Positions 46,071 to 56,010 of a DNA stretch of 62,918 bases are shown piece by piece (the first letter of the stretch is position 1; each line of letters begins with the position of its first letter). The notes under the pieces are model-generated. The model saw only the letters and a list, made by a program, of their open reading frames with translations, had not been told where the DNA came from and searched no databases. Source of the DNA: Gemmatimonadota bacterium (GTDB lineage: Bacteria; Gemmatimonadota; Gemmatimonadetes; Gemmatimonadales; Gemmatimonadaceae); the NCBI GenBank assembly GCA_040389905.1, contig JAZJZK010000012.1, forward strand, positions 1-62,918. The letters are read 5' to 3'. Both the position numbers and the translations under genes were made by a program.

Positions 46071-48803
46071 CTATCGCCCCAACCAGTACGTCGCCTTTAC
46101 GAGAAAGACATTCTCCGGCCGGTCCGCGACGAGCCCACGCGCGTCACGGCCGAAGTCGATGTCGCCATTCGCGTCGCTCCCGGCGCGCTGCTGCGTCCAC
46201 ACGAAGAACATCGTCGAACCCGGCCGATATTCCCAGCGGAGCACCGCTGTGCCGCGCAGCGACCGGCTCGTGAAGTTGGGATCGGAGAAGCTGAACGCCG
46301 CGGCGGGTCCCCCGGCGTCCGGATCCACCGTGTAGCGCGCCGAAGACGCATTTCGTGTAATCGTACCCAGGCTGCGTCCATAATCGAGCTTGTCGTAGCT
46401 ACGTGGCGCCGCGAACTCGCGAAAGCGATCATAGTCACCGCTTGCCACAAAGGGCTGCGCAAAGAGCTGGAGTGTCATCTCCGGACGGATTGTCCAGTTC
46501 ACGCGCGTCTCCAGGGACAACGTCCGCGTCGTGATGTAGCCGAACACATAACGGGAACCTCCAAACGTCGTTGCGGTCGGGTCTTTCACCGTCGTCACGT
46601 ACTGCGCCTCATCCTGCGACCAGTTCCACCTGGGCGAGAGCTGGACGAAGAGGTTGCCCGCTGGCTTGATCGCCACGCCGGGCGTGAAGCTCCAACTCTT
46701 CGTTCCGTCGAAACCCACGCCGAGGCCGTTCTGCACGTTCCACACGGCGCGGCCGCGCGGATCGGTGGAGACACCGAGCGAGTAAAAATCGTTCCCCACG
46801 CGACCCAGCACTGGGCCGCCACGGCTCAAGCGATCGTCCGCCACCGAGTGAAACCGAGACCAGTACGTGCGCATCACCCAGTAGTTGTTGAACTCGATGC
46901 TGTTGAATGCGTACTGTTCGAGGTCGGTGCGATCACCGTCATAGTTGTATTGCGTCTGGCCGCCGTAGCTGAGAAAGGCGGACCGATAGAAGCGGCCGGG
47001 CACCAACCACTGACGCGCGAGATTCCCATTCATCCACCGGTAGTCCACTCGGCTGATGATGTTCAGGTCGTTGACCTCGAAGCCGGGGCTGCGCCAGTTC
47101 TGCTGGAGCTCCCAAATCCAGTTGCCATTCTCCTTGGCGACGCGCGTGTAAAGTCCATAGCCGTCCATCGACGTTGCCATCGTGTCGTAGCGCGTGGAGA
47201 ACAGTCCGTCCGACGTCACCTCGCGATCTGGGCGCTGGTAGTAATGGGTCGATGAGCGTTGCGTCAGCGCCATGGCCTGCCGCGATCCGCGTACGTCCGA
47301 CGCCATGAGCGTCCCGCGCCAGCGGTAAACACGGTTGGCCCAGCTATGGCTCCAGTCAATCCCTCCCGCGTGCGCGTTGCTCCGCAGCCTGTTGGTAAGA
47401 ATCGTGTCGCCCTCGAGCGCGCGCACAGCCGACGTGACGATGCCGCCAACGGTGGTCGCACCGCCGCGATATTCCTTCTTCACGCGGCCGACAAAGTAGT
47501 TCGACAACGGCTCCACGGTTTGCGTACGCTCAGTGCCGCCCAGCGTCGGAACGTACGTCGCCTGCTCTCGGCTCGTGACGGCGTCGAGGATGCCAATCGT
47601 GTACCCATTGTTCGTCCGCCCTGTAATCTTCGCGGCACCCAGAATCGTCGCGTCGTCAGGAGCGTCCGCATAAGCAGCAGAGCCGGTAACGAGCCCGTTG
47701 AGTTGCGGCGGGCGCCCGATGCGTCGCGAGTAGAACGCGCCGATGCTCGATGTGTTGTTGCAATTGATGCAGCTCAGTCCACCGAAGTTGAATGCACTAC
47801 GGTTCGCGACGAAGAACGGGCGCTTCTCGTCGAAGGACACCTCGTACGCGGAGAGATTCAGCAACGCAGGATCGACTTCCACCTGTCCGAAGTCGGGGTT
47901 GAGCGTGGCGTCGAGGGTCAAGCTCGAATTCAGGTTGTACTTGATGTCCGCACCGGCGTTGATGTTCGTCGTCGTGCTGGTGCGATACGGATTTCGCGGG
48001 TCGGCGTACTTGAACTGGCCACGCGATACCACATACGGAAGCAATTCCGCCTGCTTCGGCGCCTTGGCGATGGCGAGCCCTTCGAGATGTCCATAGTAGG
48101 CAGGGCCGCCAGCCTCATTGCGCCGGCGGAACGACCACTGGTTCTGCTCGTTGAGGCGATCCACGAAGCGCCAGAGCTGAAGGCCCCACGTCTGCACGGC
48201 GGTCCCCGAGAAGCGAAGCTGCGAGTAGGGAATGCGAATCTCGGCGGTCCACCCATCGGCCGTCATCTGCGTCGCGCCCTCCCACACCGGGTCCCAGGAC
48301 GGATCGCCGTTGAACTGGTCGCCGCGAACGCCTGCGGGATTGATCTCGAACCACACCTCATCGAGGTGGTTGTGATATGGGTCGAGCACGATTGCGATCT
48401 TGTCGGTGGTCAGCGAATTGAACGAGCCGTTGTTGCCGTTGGCAGCGAGCAATTGATCGCGTCGCGCGAGCGGCGCGCGGATGCCCGCTGGCCCCATCGG
48501 CTCGCTCATGCGGGCGCCGACGTAGAGTGCGTCGTCGTCATACAGAATGCGGATGTCCGTCGCCAGCGTGGCCGCGGCGCCTTCGTCCGGGCGCGTCTGC
48601 CTGAACTGCGTGATAGGTGTCGCCGCGGCCCAGGCGCTTTCGTCGAGACGACCATCGACGGAGATGGGTGTGGTGCGACGAACGCCTGCGGCGGATGGGA
48701 GTGCAGCGGTGGCCGGCGCCGGCGTCTGGGCGGTCAGCGGGCCTGCAATGACGAGCGCGACAAAGGCGCGGCGAGCAAGGCGCCTCGGCGAGTTGAACGA
48801 CAT
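46071..48803 (-). CDS. CBM9-like + DUF5916 outer-membrane protein
   Basis: VDGRLDESAW, GWTAEIRIPYSQLRF, LDATLNPDFGQVEVD, FYSRRIG, LRWEYRPGS, FLVKATYW. Confidence 0.9.
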   Translation of the reverse strand: MSFNSPRRLARRAFVALVIAGPLTAQTPAPATAALPSAAGVRRTTPISVDGRLDESAWAAATPITQFRQTRPDEGAAATLATDIRILYDDDALYVGARMSEPMGPAGIRAPLARRDQLLAANGNNGSFNSLTTDKIAIVLDPYHNHLDEVWFEINPAGVRGDQFNGDPSWDPVWEGATQMTADGWTAEIRIPYSQLRFSGTAVQTWGLQLWRFVDRLNEQNQWSFRRRNEAGGPAYYGHLEGLAIAKAPKQAELLPYVVSRGQFKYADPRNPYRTSTTTNINAGADIKYNLNSSLTLDATLNPDFGQVEVDPALLNLSAYEVSFDEKRPFFVANRSAFNFGGLSCINCNNTSSIGAFYSRRIGRPPQLNGLVTGSAAYADAPDDATILGAAKITGRTNNGYTIGILDAVTSREQATYVPTLGGTERTQTVEPLSNYFVGRVKKEYRGGATTVGGIVTSAVRALEGDTILTNRLRSNAHAGGIDWSHSWANRVYRWRGTLMASDVRGSRQAMALTQRSSTHYYQRPDREVTSDGLFSTRYDTMATSMDGYGLYTRVAKENGNWIWELQQNWRSPGFEVNDLNIISRVDYRWMNGNLARQWLVPGRFYRSAFLSYGGQTQYNYDGDRTDLEQYAFNSIEFNNYWVMRTYWSRFHSVADDRLSRGGPVLGRVGNDFYSLGVSTDPRGRAVWNVQNGLGVGFDGTKSWSFTPGVAIKPAGNLFVQLSPRWNWSQDEAQYVTTVKDPTATTFGGSRYVFGYITTRTLSLETRVNWTIRPEMTLQLFAQPFVASGDYDRFREFAAPRSYDKLDYGRSLGTITRNASSARYTVDPDAGGPAAAFSFSDPNFTSRSLRGTAVLRWEYRPGSTMFFVWTQQRAGSDANGDIDFGRDARGLVADRPENVFLVKATYWLGR

Positions 48804-48886
48804 GATGCGGTGGGGTGGGGGTCGGCAGAGAGCTTGTTTGTTTGATGGCCGCCCCATCGCGATGGTTTGAACGTCGCGCAATCGCG

Positions 48887-50476
48887 TCAGCGAGGTCGCT
48901 TCGCCGAGTTTCCTATCACTATTGCGACGTCCCTGATGAGCCTCGCAACGCGAGCCATCTTCTCATATTCGATTTTGCTCGGCTCATCGCTCGGTTTGTG
49001 ATAGTCCGCGTGGTCTCCCGTTGTGAAGAACACGATCGGGACACCCTTGCGCGCGTAGTTGTAGTGATCGCTCCGCTCGTAGATGTGCTCGGGGTGCGTC
49101 GACGAATCCCACTCTCGGTTGAAAATGAAAGGAGTGGGTTGCGCGGCATTCACGCTGTCCGCAATCACGCCAAGGCGCCGGCTTTGGCCATTCGGCGCCG
49201 CTTGCGGTCCGACGACATACAGGACGCTCGGCGCGTTGCGGCCGATCATGTCCGCATTGATCTGTGCCACGATCGAATCGATCGGCACCGTGGGGTGCTC
49301 GACGAAATGACTGGAGCCTAAGAGGCCGTCCTCCTCGCCGACGTGCCAGACGAACAGCATCGAGCGCTTCGGCTTGACCGCTGATTGCTGGATCGAGCGC
49401 GCAATCGCGAGCAGCGACACGGAGCCAGAGCCGTCATCGTCCGCGCCATTGGCAATCGAGTCGCCATTGACCGGGGGCACGATGCCGATGTGATCGTAGT
49501 GCGCGCCAAGCGCGATGAACGTTCGGCTCAGCGTCGGGTCGCTACCGCGAATCACCGCGACCACATTGAACGCGGTGATCGGCGTGCGCTCCTGGACGAT
49601 GTGCGCACTGAGGCGCCGTCCAAGTGGCTGCGCACGGTCGTTGGTAGGCCAGCCGACAGGAAGAAACGGTGATCCCGGACGAAGCACGCCAAGAAGAATC
49701 ATGGGAATCGGGCGGTCGCTATCCGGAATCTCGCCTGTTCCAGAACGTGCTCCCACGCCGTGCGTTACCTGCGGCGCAAGCTGCTCGAAGAGACCTTGGC
49801 CCTTGCCTTCGAGCAGGATGACAACCGCCGCAGGCCGATGCGGGAGTATACGCGAGAGCCGATCGCTGATGGCCGCCTCCGCCTCGAGCGTCTCGCGCCT
49901 GGCACTGTCCGCGCCGCGCGGAGCACCGTTCACCACGACGACGACCTTTCCCTCCAGAGCGACTCCACCAAACCCGCCGGGGTCGCCAGCGCGACTCAAT
50001 CCGTATCCGACGAAGACGATGTCGCCGTCCGCATTCTGCTTCGCTGGCGGAACACGCGCGCCGAGATTGATCAGGGGGACGATCTCCGTCCCGATCCGGA
50101 ACGATGTGGAGCGCCCCGCCTCCTCAACACTGATGCGCGAGGACCCAAGGATCGATTCGCGCTGCAAGGGAACGCGCTGGACGTAGAGGCTGTCGCCACC
50201 CGGCTCCAACCCGAGTCGCTGGAGTCGCGCGGCCAGGAACCGTGCCGCGCGCGAAACGTCCTCCGTCCCGGTGGCGCGGCCGTGCATCGAATCGTCCGCG
50301 AAGTCGTAGAGATCGCGTCTCAACTCCGGACCTGTGATCTCCCCACGCCACTCCGGTAGCGGAGCGGAGGACGGCGCTCGCACGGCGGGCCCACAGCCAA
50401 CCAGGAGACACAGGAGCCAGGCACGCGAACGATGGATCAAGGAACTCCGAAGTAGAGCCGGGGATACTCCTCGCAT
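48887..50476 (-). CDS. M28-family peptidase with PA domain, lipoprotein
   Basis: GAHYDH, NGADDDGSG, GEEDGLLGS, NADMIGR, RSDH, DYHKPSD; lipobox LVGC. Start uncertain. Confidence 0.92.
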   Translation of the reverse strand: MRGVSPALLRSSLIHRSRAWLLCLLVGCGPAVRAPSSAPLPEWRGEITGPELRRDLYDFADDSMHGRATGTEDVSRAARFLAARLQRLGLEPGGDSLYVQRVPLQRESILGSSRISVEEAGRSTSFRIGTEIVPLINLGARVPPAKQNADGDIVFVGYGLSRAGDPGGFGGVALEGKVVVVVNGAPRGADSARRETLEAEAAISDRLSRILPHRPAAVVILLEGKGQGLFEQLAPQVTHGVGARSGTGEIPDSDRPIPMILLGVLRPGSPFLPVGWPTNDRAQPLGRRLSAHIVQERTPITAFNVVAVIRGSDPTLSRTFIALGAHYDHIGIVPPVNGDSIANGADDDGSGSVSLLAIARSIQQSAVKPKRSMLFVWHVGEEDGLLGSSHFVEHPTVPIDSIVAQINADMIGRNAPSVLYVVGPQAAPNGQSRRLGVIADSVNAAQPTPFIFNREWDSSTHPEHIYERSDHYNYARKGVPIVFFTTGDHADYHKPSDEPSKIEYEKMARVARLIRDVAIVIGNSAKRPR

Positions 50477-50616
50477 GCGGGCTCGGCGCCAGCGAAAGGC
50501 TATTCGCGCCGAACTCCACTGGCAAGGCGGTGTATGACCACCCGAGGGTGGCGAGCCTCTGCTGACGACGCCTAACTTTAGCGTTCGCTGATCTTCACGC
50601 GTCCATCAGGGTACAC

Positions 50617-51366
50617 GTGCTCTATTTCTGCATTCCGTCGTACAACGAGGCACCAACGGTAGGTCTACTCCTGTGGCGCCTGCGAAAGGTGTTCCAGGAG
50701 CAGCCCCGTGAATACGAGGTGCTCGTCTTCGACGACGGCAGCACCGACTCCACGGCGGAAACGTTGGAGCCGTACCGCAACGTCATGCCACTCTCCGTCC
50801 TCGGCGGAACGCGAGTCGGCTACGCGGCGGCGGTCGACGCGCTCTGTCGCGAGGCGTCGCGGCGAACGCGCTATCCGCGACGCGACGCGATCATCGTCTT
50901 GCAGGCAGATTTTACCGACCAACCCGAGCATTTGCCGGAGCTCATCAAGCGCTTCGATGGCGGCGCCGATCTCGTCGTGGCGGAACGACCCGCCGATGCG
51001 CTCACCGTGCCGGCGCCCGTGCGCACCCTGCGGCGAATGGCTCCGTGGGTCGTCAAACCGTTTCTGAGCGTGAACGGCATTCGCGATCCCTTCGGGGCGC
51101 TCCGGCTGTTTCGCGTGTCCGTCATTCGCGATCTCATCAAGGAGCGAGGTGCTCAACCCCTCCTCGTGGGTGAGGGGTGGAGCGCCAACATGGATTTCCT
51201 GCTCCGGACCGCTCACCACGCACGCCGGATCGAGACGGTGGAACTGACGCCGAGATACGACGTCCGTGCGCGGGAAAGCCGTGTCCGCGCTTGGACAGAC
51301 GCCATGACGCTGTTTCGCTTTGCTCGCGCCGCCCGCGGAAGAAGCGTTCGCGTCAGTCGCGCATGA
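50617..51366 (+). CDS. Glycosyltransferase family 2 (DPM1-like)
   Basis: IPSYNEA, DDGSTDST, QADFT at the DxD position. Confidence 0.85.
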   Translation: MLYFCIPSYNEAPTVGLLLWRLRKVFQEQPREYEVLVFDDGSTDSTAETLEPYRNVMPLSVLGGTRVGYAAAVDALCREASRRTRYPRRDAIIVLQADFTDQPEHLPELIKRFDGGADLVVAERPADALTVPAPVRTLRRMAPWVVKPFLSVNGIRDPFGALRLFRVSVIRDLIKERGAQPLLVGEGWSANMDFLLRTAHHARRIETVELTPRYDVRARESRVRAWTDAMTLFRFARAARGRSVRVSRA

Positions 51367-52142
51367 GCCGTGTGTTTCGCGGGTTGATCCGCCACTTCCT
51401 TGGCGTTGCGCTCCTGTGGCCTGCCATGTCGCACGCGCAGAGCGGCGAGCGGCTGCCTGTGCCCTTCGGCGTCGGCGAGCGCCTCGAGTACAACGTCAAG
51501 TGGAGTAGGATCGGCGTCGGAACCGCGTCCATGGAAGTCAAGGAGGTTCAAGACGTTCGCGGCCGCGAGACGTGGCATACGGTGTTCGAGGTCAATGGCG
51601 GCCTGGCCTGGTACCGTGTCAATGACCTCTATGAGAGCTGGTTCGATACCCGCACGGGGAACTCGCTTCGCTTTCGAAAACACCAGCGCCAGCAGGAGCG
51701 GAAGGGAGACGAGATCTACAGCATGTTCCCCGAGCGAGGCGTGTACATCGAAGACGGCGATACGGCGAAGGCCAGTGTCAAGGAACCGCTCGACGAGGGC
51801 TCCTTCCTCTACTTCATTCGAACTATTCCGCTCGTCGTTGGGCAGACGTATTCCTTCGACCGATTCTATAAAGCCGACCAGAATCCAGTGACCATCGTCG
51901 TCGTGCGCAAGGACACGATCGACGTTCCCGCCGGCAGATTCCCAGCCGTCGTCCTCCGGCCGACGATCAAGGCCAAGGGTGGAGTCTTCGCCGAAGATGG
52001 ACACGCGGAGGTCTGGATTTCCGACGACAAGAACCGCATCATGCTCCAGCTGAAGGCGGGTCTCTCCGTCGGGTCCATCAACCTGTATCTCAAATCGTAC
52101 CGTCCGGCTCCAGCGGGGACACCCGCCCAGACCCCCCCATAA
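51363..52142 (+). CDS. DUF3108 domain protein, secreted
   Basis: PFGVGERLEY, DTIDVPAGRF, VWISDD; ATGA overlap with GT2. Confidence 0.85.
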   Translation: MSRVFRGLIRHFLGVALLWPAMSHAQSGERLPVPFGVGERLEYNVKWSRIGVGTASMEVKEVQDVRGRETWHTVFEVNGGLAWYRVNDLYESWFDTRTGNSLRFRKHQRQQERKGDEIYSMFPERGVYIEDGDTAKASVKEPLDEGSFLYFIRTIPLVVGQTYSFDRFYKADQNPVTIVVVRKDTIDVPAGRFPAVVLRPTIKAKGGVFAEDGHAEVWISDDKNRIMLQLKAGLSVGSINLYLKSYRPAPAGTPAQTPP

Positions 52143-52183
52143 CTCCGGCGAACGATCCGTACGGTGAGGCGGACCTGTCCGCC

Positions 52184-53110
52184 GTGCGGACAATCCCCGT
52201 CGCCGTACGACCGAACAAGGTCGGTGCGCGCGACTTCGCGCAGCCGCCCGGCGATGAGCGCTCCTTCAGCGCGTTCCTTCACGCGCTTCCCGACGTGCTC
52301 GTGGCGCGTGACTTTCGCGCCGTCGTGCGTGCGATTGCACACGCCGCCCGTAATCAGCGCGGGGTCATCGCGATGCTCGGCGGCCACATCGTAAAAACCG
52401 GCCTCGCGCCTGTCCTGCTCGACCTCATGCGCCGGCGCGTCATCACCCACGTGGCGATGAACGGCTCCGCGGCCATCCACGACTATGAGGTCGCACGCTT
52501 TGGCGCGACGTCGGAGGACGTGGCGGCCGGCCTGGAGTTCGGGACCTTCGGCATGGCCGACGAGACGGGCCGCGAGATGAACGAGGCCTTCATTCGCGGC
52601 ATGCGGGATGAACGCGGCATGGGGGAAATCCTGGGACTCGTGCTCGAGGAATCGCCGACCCTCGCGAATCCGGAGCTTTCGCTCCTCCTTGGCGCGCGGC
52701 GACTCGGCGTGCCACTCACCGTCCATGCTGCACTCGGCGCCGAAATCATTCACCAGCATCCGGCCGCAAGCGGTGCCGCAATCGGCGACACGAGCCATCG
52801 TGACTTCCGGCGGCTGGCGCACTCCATTGCCTCGATCGATGACGGCGGTGTTGTGCTGAACCTCGGCAGCGCAGTCATCATGCCGGAGGTGTTTCTCAAG
52901 GCACTCACCATCGCGCGAAACCTCGGCGGTGGGTCACCCCGAAACTTCACCACGGTCGACCTCGACATGCAGCGTCACTACCGTCCACGCGTGAACGTCG
53001 TCCAGCGCCCAGTCTTGAAGAGTGGCAAGGGCTACGAAATCACCGGGCACCACGAGATCATGGTTCCCCTATTGGCGTGGGCGGTTGTCGAGGAATTGGA
53101 GCGAACCTGA
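52184..53110 (+). CDS. Conserved protein with deoxyhypusine-synthase-like fold; true start probably upstream
   Basis: GGHIVKTGL, AMNGSAAIHDYE, TSEDV, FGMADETG, LGSAVIMPEVFLKAL, GHHEIMVPLL. Fold assignment is from recollection of this family. Confidence 0.75.
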   Translation: MRTIPVAVRPNKVGARDFAQPPGDERSFSAFLHALPDVLVARDFRAVVRAIAHAARNQRGVIAMLGGHIVKTGLAPVLLDLMRRRVITHVAMNGSAAIHDYEVARFGATSEDVAAGLEFGTFGMADETGREMNEAFIRGMRDERGMGEILGLVLEESPTLANPELSLLLGARRLGVPLTVHAALGAEIIHQHPAASGAAIGDTSHRDFRRLAHSIASIDDGGVVLNLGSAVIMPEVFLKALTIARNLGGGSPRNFTTVDLDMQRHYRPRVNVVQRPVLKSGKGYEITGHHEIMVPLLAWAVVEELERT

Positions 53111-53158
53111 GCCGAGTGCGCCTCCTCAAACTGCTATTCTGAAGCGCATCGCCGTATA

Positions 53159-53326
53159 TGTCATCCCGAGCGAAGTCGAGGGATCTGCACTTTCAGTCTG
53201 GGTTTGCGGTGCAGACCCGCTCGATTCGCTTCGCTCGCTCGGGGTGACAGCGATCCCTTCCCCATTGGCGGCGGGAACGAGTCGAGGGATCTGCACCCCA
53301 GACTCACTGGAGCGCAGATCCCTCGA
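53159..53326. repeat. REP/REPIN-like element copy 2 (53159-53249) plus a related hairpin (53282-53326)
   Basis: TGTCATCCCGAGCGAAGTCGAGGGATCTGCAC...GTGCAGACCCGCTCGATTCGCTTCGCTCGCTCGGGGTGACA; TCGAGGGATCTGC pairs with GCAGATCCCTCGA (13/13). Confidence 0.85.
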
Positions 53327-53381
53327 TGTTTACTTGCAAGCCTGCATACTCAGCCCGTCTTTCGGGCGCAGCGAAGACGCC

Positions 53382-53606
53382 TCAGTAGCCTGATCCCGAA
53401 AACTTCTCCCGAAGGCGGCGCGCCGTGTCCGGACTGAAAATCCTGATCACGACGTAGATGATCGCGCCAATGATGACGGCCTTGATCGCAAAGCCGAACA
53501 GCCAGCCAAGCAGGCCGAAACCAACGAAGAACAGCCCGAACAACAGCTTGAGCAGGAACAGTCCGCCGAGTGCGAACAGCCCAATCATGAAAATGGTGCG
53601 GAGCAT
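53382..53606 (-). CDS. Small membrane protein
   Basis: Two TM helices and a basic tail; AGGGAG upstream. Confidence 0.75.
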   Translation of the reverse strand: MLRTIFMIGLFALGGLFLLKLLFGLFFVGFGLLGWLFGFAIKAVIIGAIIYVVIRIFSPDTARRLREKFSGSGY

Positions 53607-53789
53607 GGTGCAATCTCCCTTACGAGTCTGGTCTCAATACGCGAAGCCGTCGTGCGAGGTTTCACACCGCCGGTGCGAAAACCACAGTGAACCGTCGCGA
53701 CGTCTGGCTCCGGTGGCCACACAATCACCGCTGAGTGAGATTGTCCCAGGATCACTCTTCCCGCAAGATAGCACTTCGATGCGCACCTC

Positions 53790-54881
53790 ATGACCCGCTC
53801 GACCGACCTCCTCATCGTTGGCACTGGTATCGCCGGACTCACCTCGGCACTCGCCGCCGCGGATGTCGGATTGCGCGTTGTTCTCTGTGGCGAGGCGCGT
53901 ACCGGTTCCGCATCTCGCGCAGCCGCCGGAATGCTCGCCCCTTCGCTCGACGGCATGCCGGACGCCGTTCAACAACAGGCCTTTGCGGCGCGCGACTTCT
54001 ATCCCGAGTTCCTCTCCGCGCTCCGTGAGCGTTCCGGGATCGATGTCCCCCTGAATCGTAGAGGCATCCTCGAAGTCGCGCACTCGGACGAGGAACGAGT
54101 CACGTTGCTATCGCGCGCGCCATCGTGGGCAGAGCGACTCGATCGAGAAGACCTTGCACGCGCCGAGCCGCTTCTCGCCGCTCATGCCGGGGCGCTCTTC
54201 CATCGGCACGATGGCGCGGTGGACAATGTCATCCTGCTCGACGCCCTCGACGTTGCCGTCGCGCGAACACGGGCGGTTGCGCGGCTCGATGTCACTGTGG
54301 CTGCCTTCGATGTCCGCTCCGGTCGACCCCGCGCCACCATTGCGGGAGGAGAAGTACTGGAAGCGGAATCGATCGTGATCGCCTCTGGGGCATGGGCCAA
54401 TGGTCTTCAGGGGCTACCGCATCCGGTTGCCGTTCGGCCCCTGTGTGGCCAACTCATGCGGCTGGACAGCACCGCCGTTTCGCATGTCGTGTACGCCGGC
54501 GGCGGCTACCTGGTGCCCAGGGGTACCTCGCTCCTGATTGGCGCGACGACCGAAGAAACCGGCTTTGAAAGTTCGACGACCGCCGAAGGCCTCGCGGCGC
54601 TGCGTTCGATCGCAACTCGCGCCATCCCGGCACTCGGCGGCGCGGCGGTCATCGACCACTGGGCGGGACTGAGGCCGGTGACGCCGGACGCCCTGCCGAT
54701 CCTCGGTGCAGACCCCCAGTTCCCCGCTTTGCTATATGCGTGCGGCTTTTCACGAAATGGCATCTTGCTGGCGCCCTGGGCGGCGAAACAGATGGTGTCC
54801 CTGTTCCTTGGTAAGGAAGCTGCGCCAGAACTGGCACCTTTCCATGTCTCACGTTTCCCTACTTCCAGAGTAACTCCCTAA
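53790..54881 (+). CDS. FAD-dependent oxidoreductase, glycine oxidase ThiO-like
   Basis: GTGIAG, ASRAAAGMLAP, YLVPR, IGAT, WAGLRP, RNGILLAP. Confidence 0.85.
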   Translation: MTRSTDLLIVGTGIAGLTSALAAADVGLRVVLCGEARTGSASRAAAGMLAPSLDGMPDAVQQQAFAARDFYPEFLSALRERSGIDVPLNRRGILEVAHSDEERVTLLSRAPSWAERLDREDLARAEPLLAAHAGALFHRHDGAVDNVILLDALDVAVARTRAVARLDVTVAAFDVRSGRPRATIAGGEVLEAESIVIASGAWANGLQGLPHPVAVRPLCGQLMRLDSTAVSHVVYAGGGYLVPRGTSLLIGATTEETGFESSTTAEGLAALRSIATRAIPALGGAAVIDHWAGLRPVTPDALPILGADPQFPALLYACGFSRNGILLAPWAAKQMVSLFLGKEAAPELAPFHVSRFPTSRVTP

Positions 54882-54906
54882 ACACTGTTTACTGGTGCAG
54901 GTGGCC

Positions 54907-54935
54907 TTACGACTTGCAGGCACCGGCGCTAGCTT
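54907..54935 (+). promoter_or_regulatory. Possible sigma70 promoter for lipA
   Basis: TTACGA-17 nt-TAGCTT. Confidence 0.3.
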
Positions 54936-54975
54936 CCTCGGCGTTGTCACGCTGTTCGACCGTTTGATCCCCGAC

Positions 54976-55884
54976 ATGGCCGAAGCTCTCTACCAAATCA
55001 TGGGTCGGCACCAGGTGCCCGACCTGCCGGAACGCAAGCCGTCGTGGCTCAAGGTCAAGGCGCCCGGGGGGCCGAATTACTTGCGGCTCAAGCAGCTGAT
55101 GCGCGACCTCGACCTCCATACGGTCTGTGAGGAAGCGCACTGCCCCAACGTCGGCGAATGCTGGGAGCACGGAACCGCCACCTTCATGATCCTTGGCGAC
55201 GTCTGTACCCGCAACTGCGCCTATTGCGCAGTAGCGCACGGACGCCCGCCAAAGTTCGATCCCTCCGAGCCGGTGCGCGTGGCCGAGGCGGCCACGACCA
55301 TGAAGTTGCAGCACGTCGTCCTCACCTCCGTCGACCGCGACGACCTTCCTGACTTCGGCGCCTGGGCATTTGCCGAGACCATTCGGCAGATCAAGCTCCT
55401 GAGCCCCTCGACTTCCGTCGAAGTACTCGTCCCCGACTTTCAGGGGCGCGAGGAATCGATCCGCGCGGTGCTCGAGGCGGAGCCGGACATCTACAACCAC
55501 AATACCGAGACCGTTCCGCGCCTGTACAAGAAGTGCCGTCCTGGCGGGCGCTACGAACGCGTCATGAACATCTTCAGGACGTCGAAACGTCTCGCTCCAC
55601 ATATCCCCACCAAGACCGGCATCATCCTCGGTATGGGTGAGACGAACGAGGAAGTCGTCGCGGTCATGAAGGACTTGCGCGCGGTCGATGTCGACATCCT
55701 GACCGTTGGCCAGTACCTCCGGCCATCCGACGGGCACATCGCCCTCGATCGCTTCGTCACTCCCGAGGACTTCCGTCGCTTCTACGAAATCGGCATGGAA
55801 CTCGGCTTCAGGCACGTGGAGAGCGGACCACTCGTCCGCTCCAGCTATCACGCGTGGGAGCAAGTGCAGGCCGCCGGAGTGTGA
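54976..55884 (+). CDS. lipA: Lipoyl synthase
   Basis: CEEAHCPNVGEC (CX4CX5C), CTRNCAYC radical-SAM motif, RSSYHA. Confidence 0.97.
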   Translation: MAEALYQIMGRHQVPDLPERKPSWLKVKAPGGPNYLRLKQLMRDLDLHTVCEEAHCPNVGECWEHGTATFMILGDVCTRNCAYCAVAHGRPPKFDPSEPVRVAEAATTMKLQHVVLTSVDRDDLPDFGAWAFAETIRQIKLLSPSTSVEVLVPDFQGREESIRAVLEAEPDIYNHNTETVPRLYKKCRPGGRYERVMNIFRTSKRLAPHIPTKTGIILGMGETNEEVVAVMKDLRAVDVDILTVGQYLRPSDGHIALDRFVTPEDFRRFYEIGMELGFRHVESGPLVRSSYHAWEQVQAAGV

Positions 55885-55915
55885 TTCCGCTCGTTTGTCG
55901 CCCTCAGGCCGCTTT

Positions 55916-55952
55916 TCCTCTGCGTCCTCTGCCTCTCTGCGCCCTCTGCGCT
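55916..55952. repeat. Short tandem CTCTGC(G) repeats
   Basis: TCCTCTGCG TCCTCTGC CTCTCTGCG CCCTCTGCG, between lipA and pdhA. Confidence 0.7.
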
Positions 55953-56010
55953 TCCCGAAGGGCCCGCACATTTTGGTTTTGACTTAGCTCTCCAATTTCA
56001 ATCAGCGAAC

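Noticed and set aside
45693..48845. Two ~520-aa plus-strand ORFs
   Set aside because: Antisense to the DUF5916 gene; no domain features.
53650..53667. Second Rex-like site TCGTGCGAGGTTTCACAC
   Set aside because: Four mismatches to consensus; not distinguishable from chance.
53607..53789. TPP riboswitch upstream of the ThiO-like gene
   Set aside because: GCTGAG is present, but the ACCTGA and GCGnAGG elements are missing.
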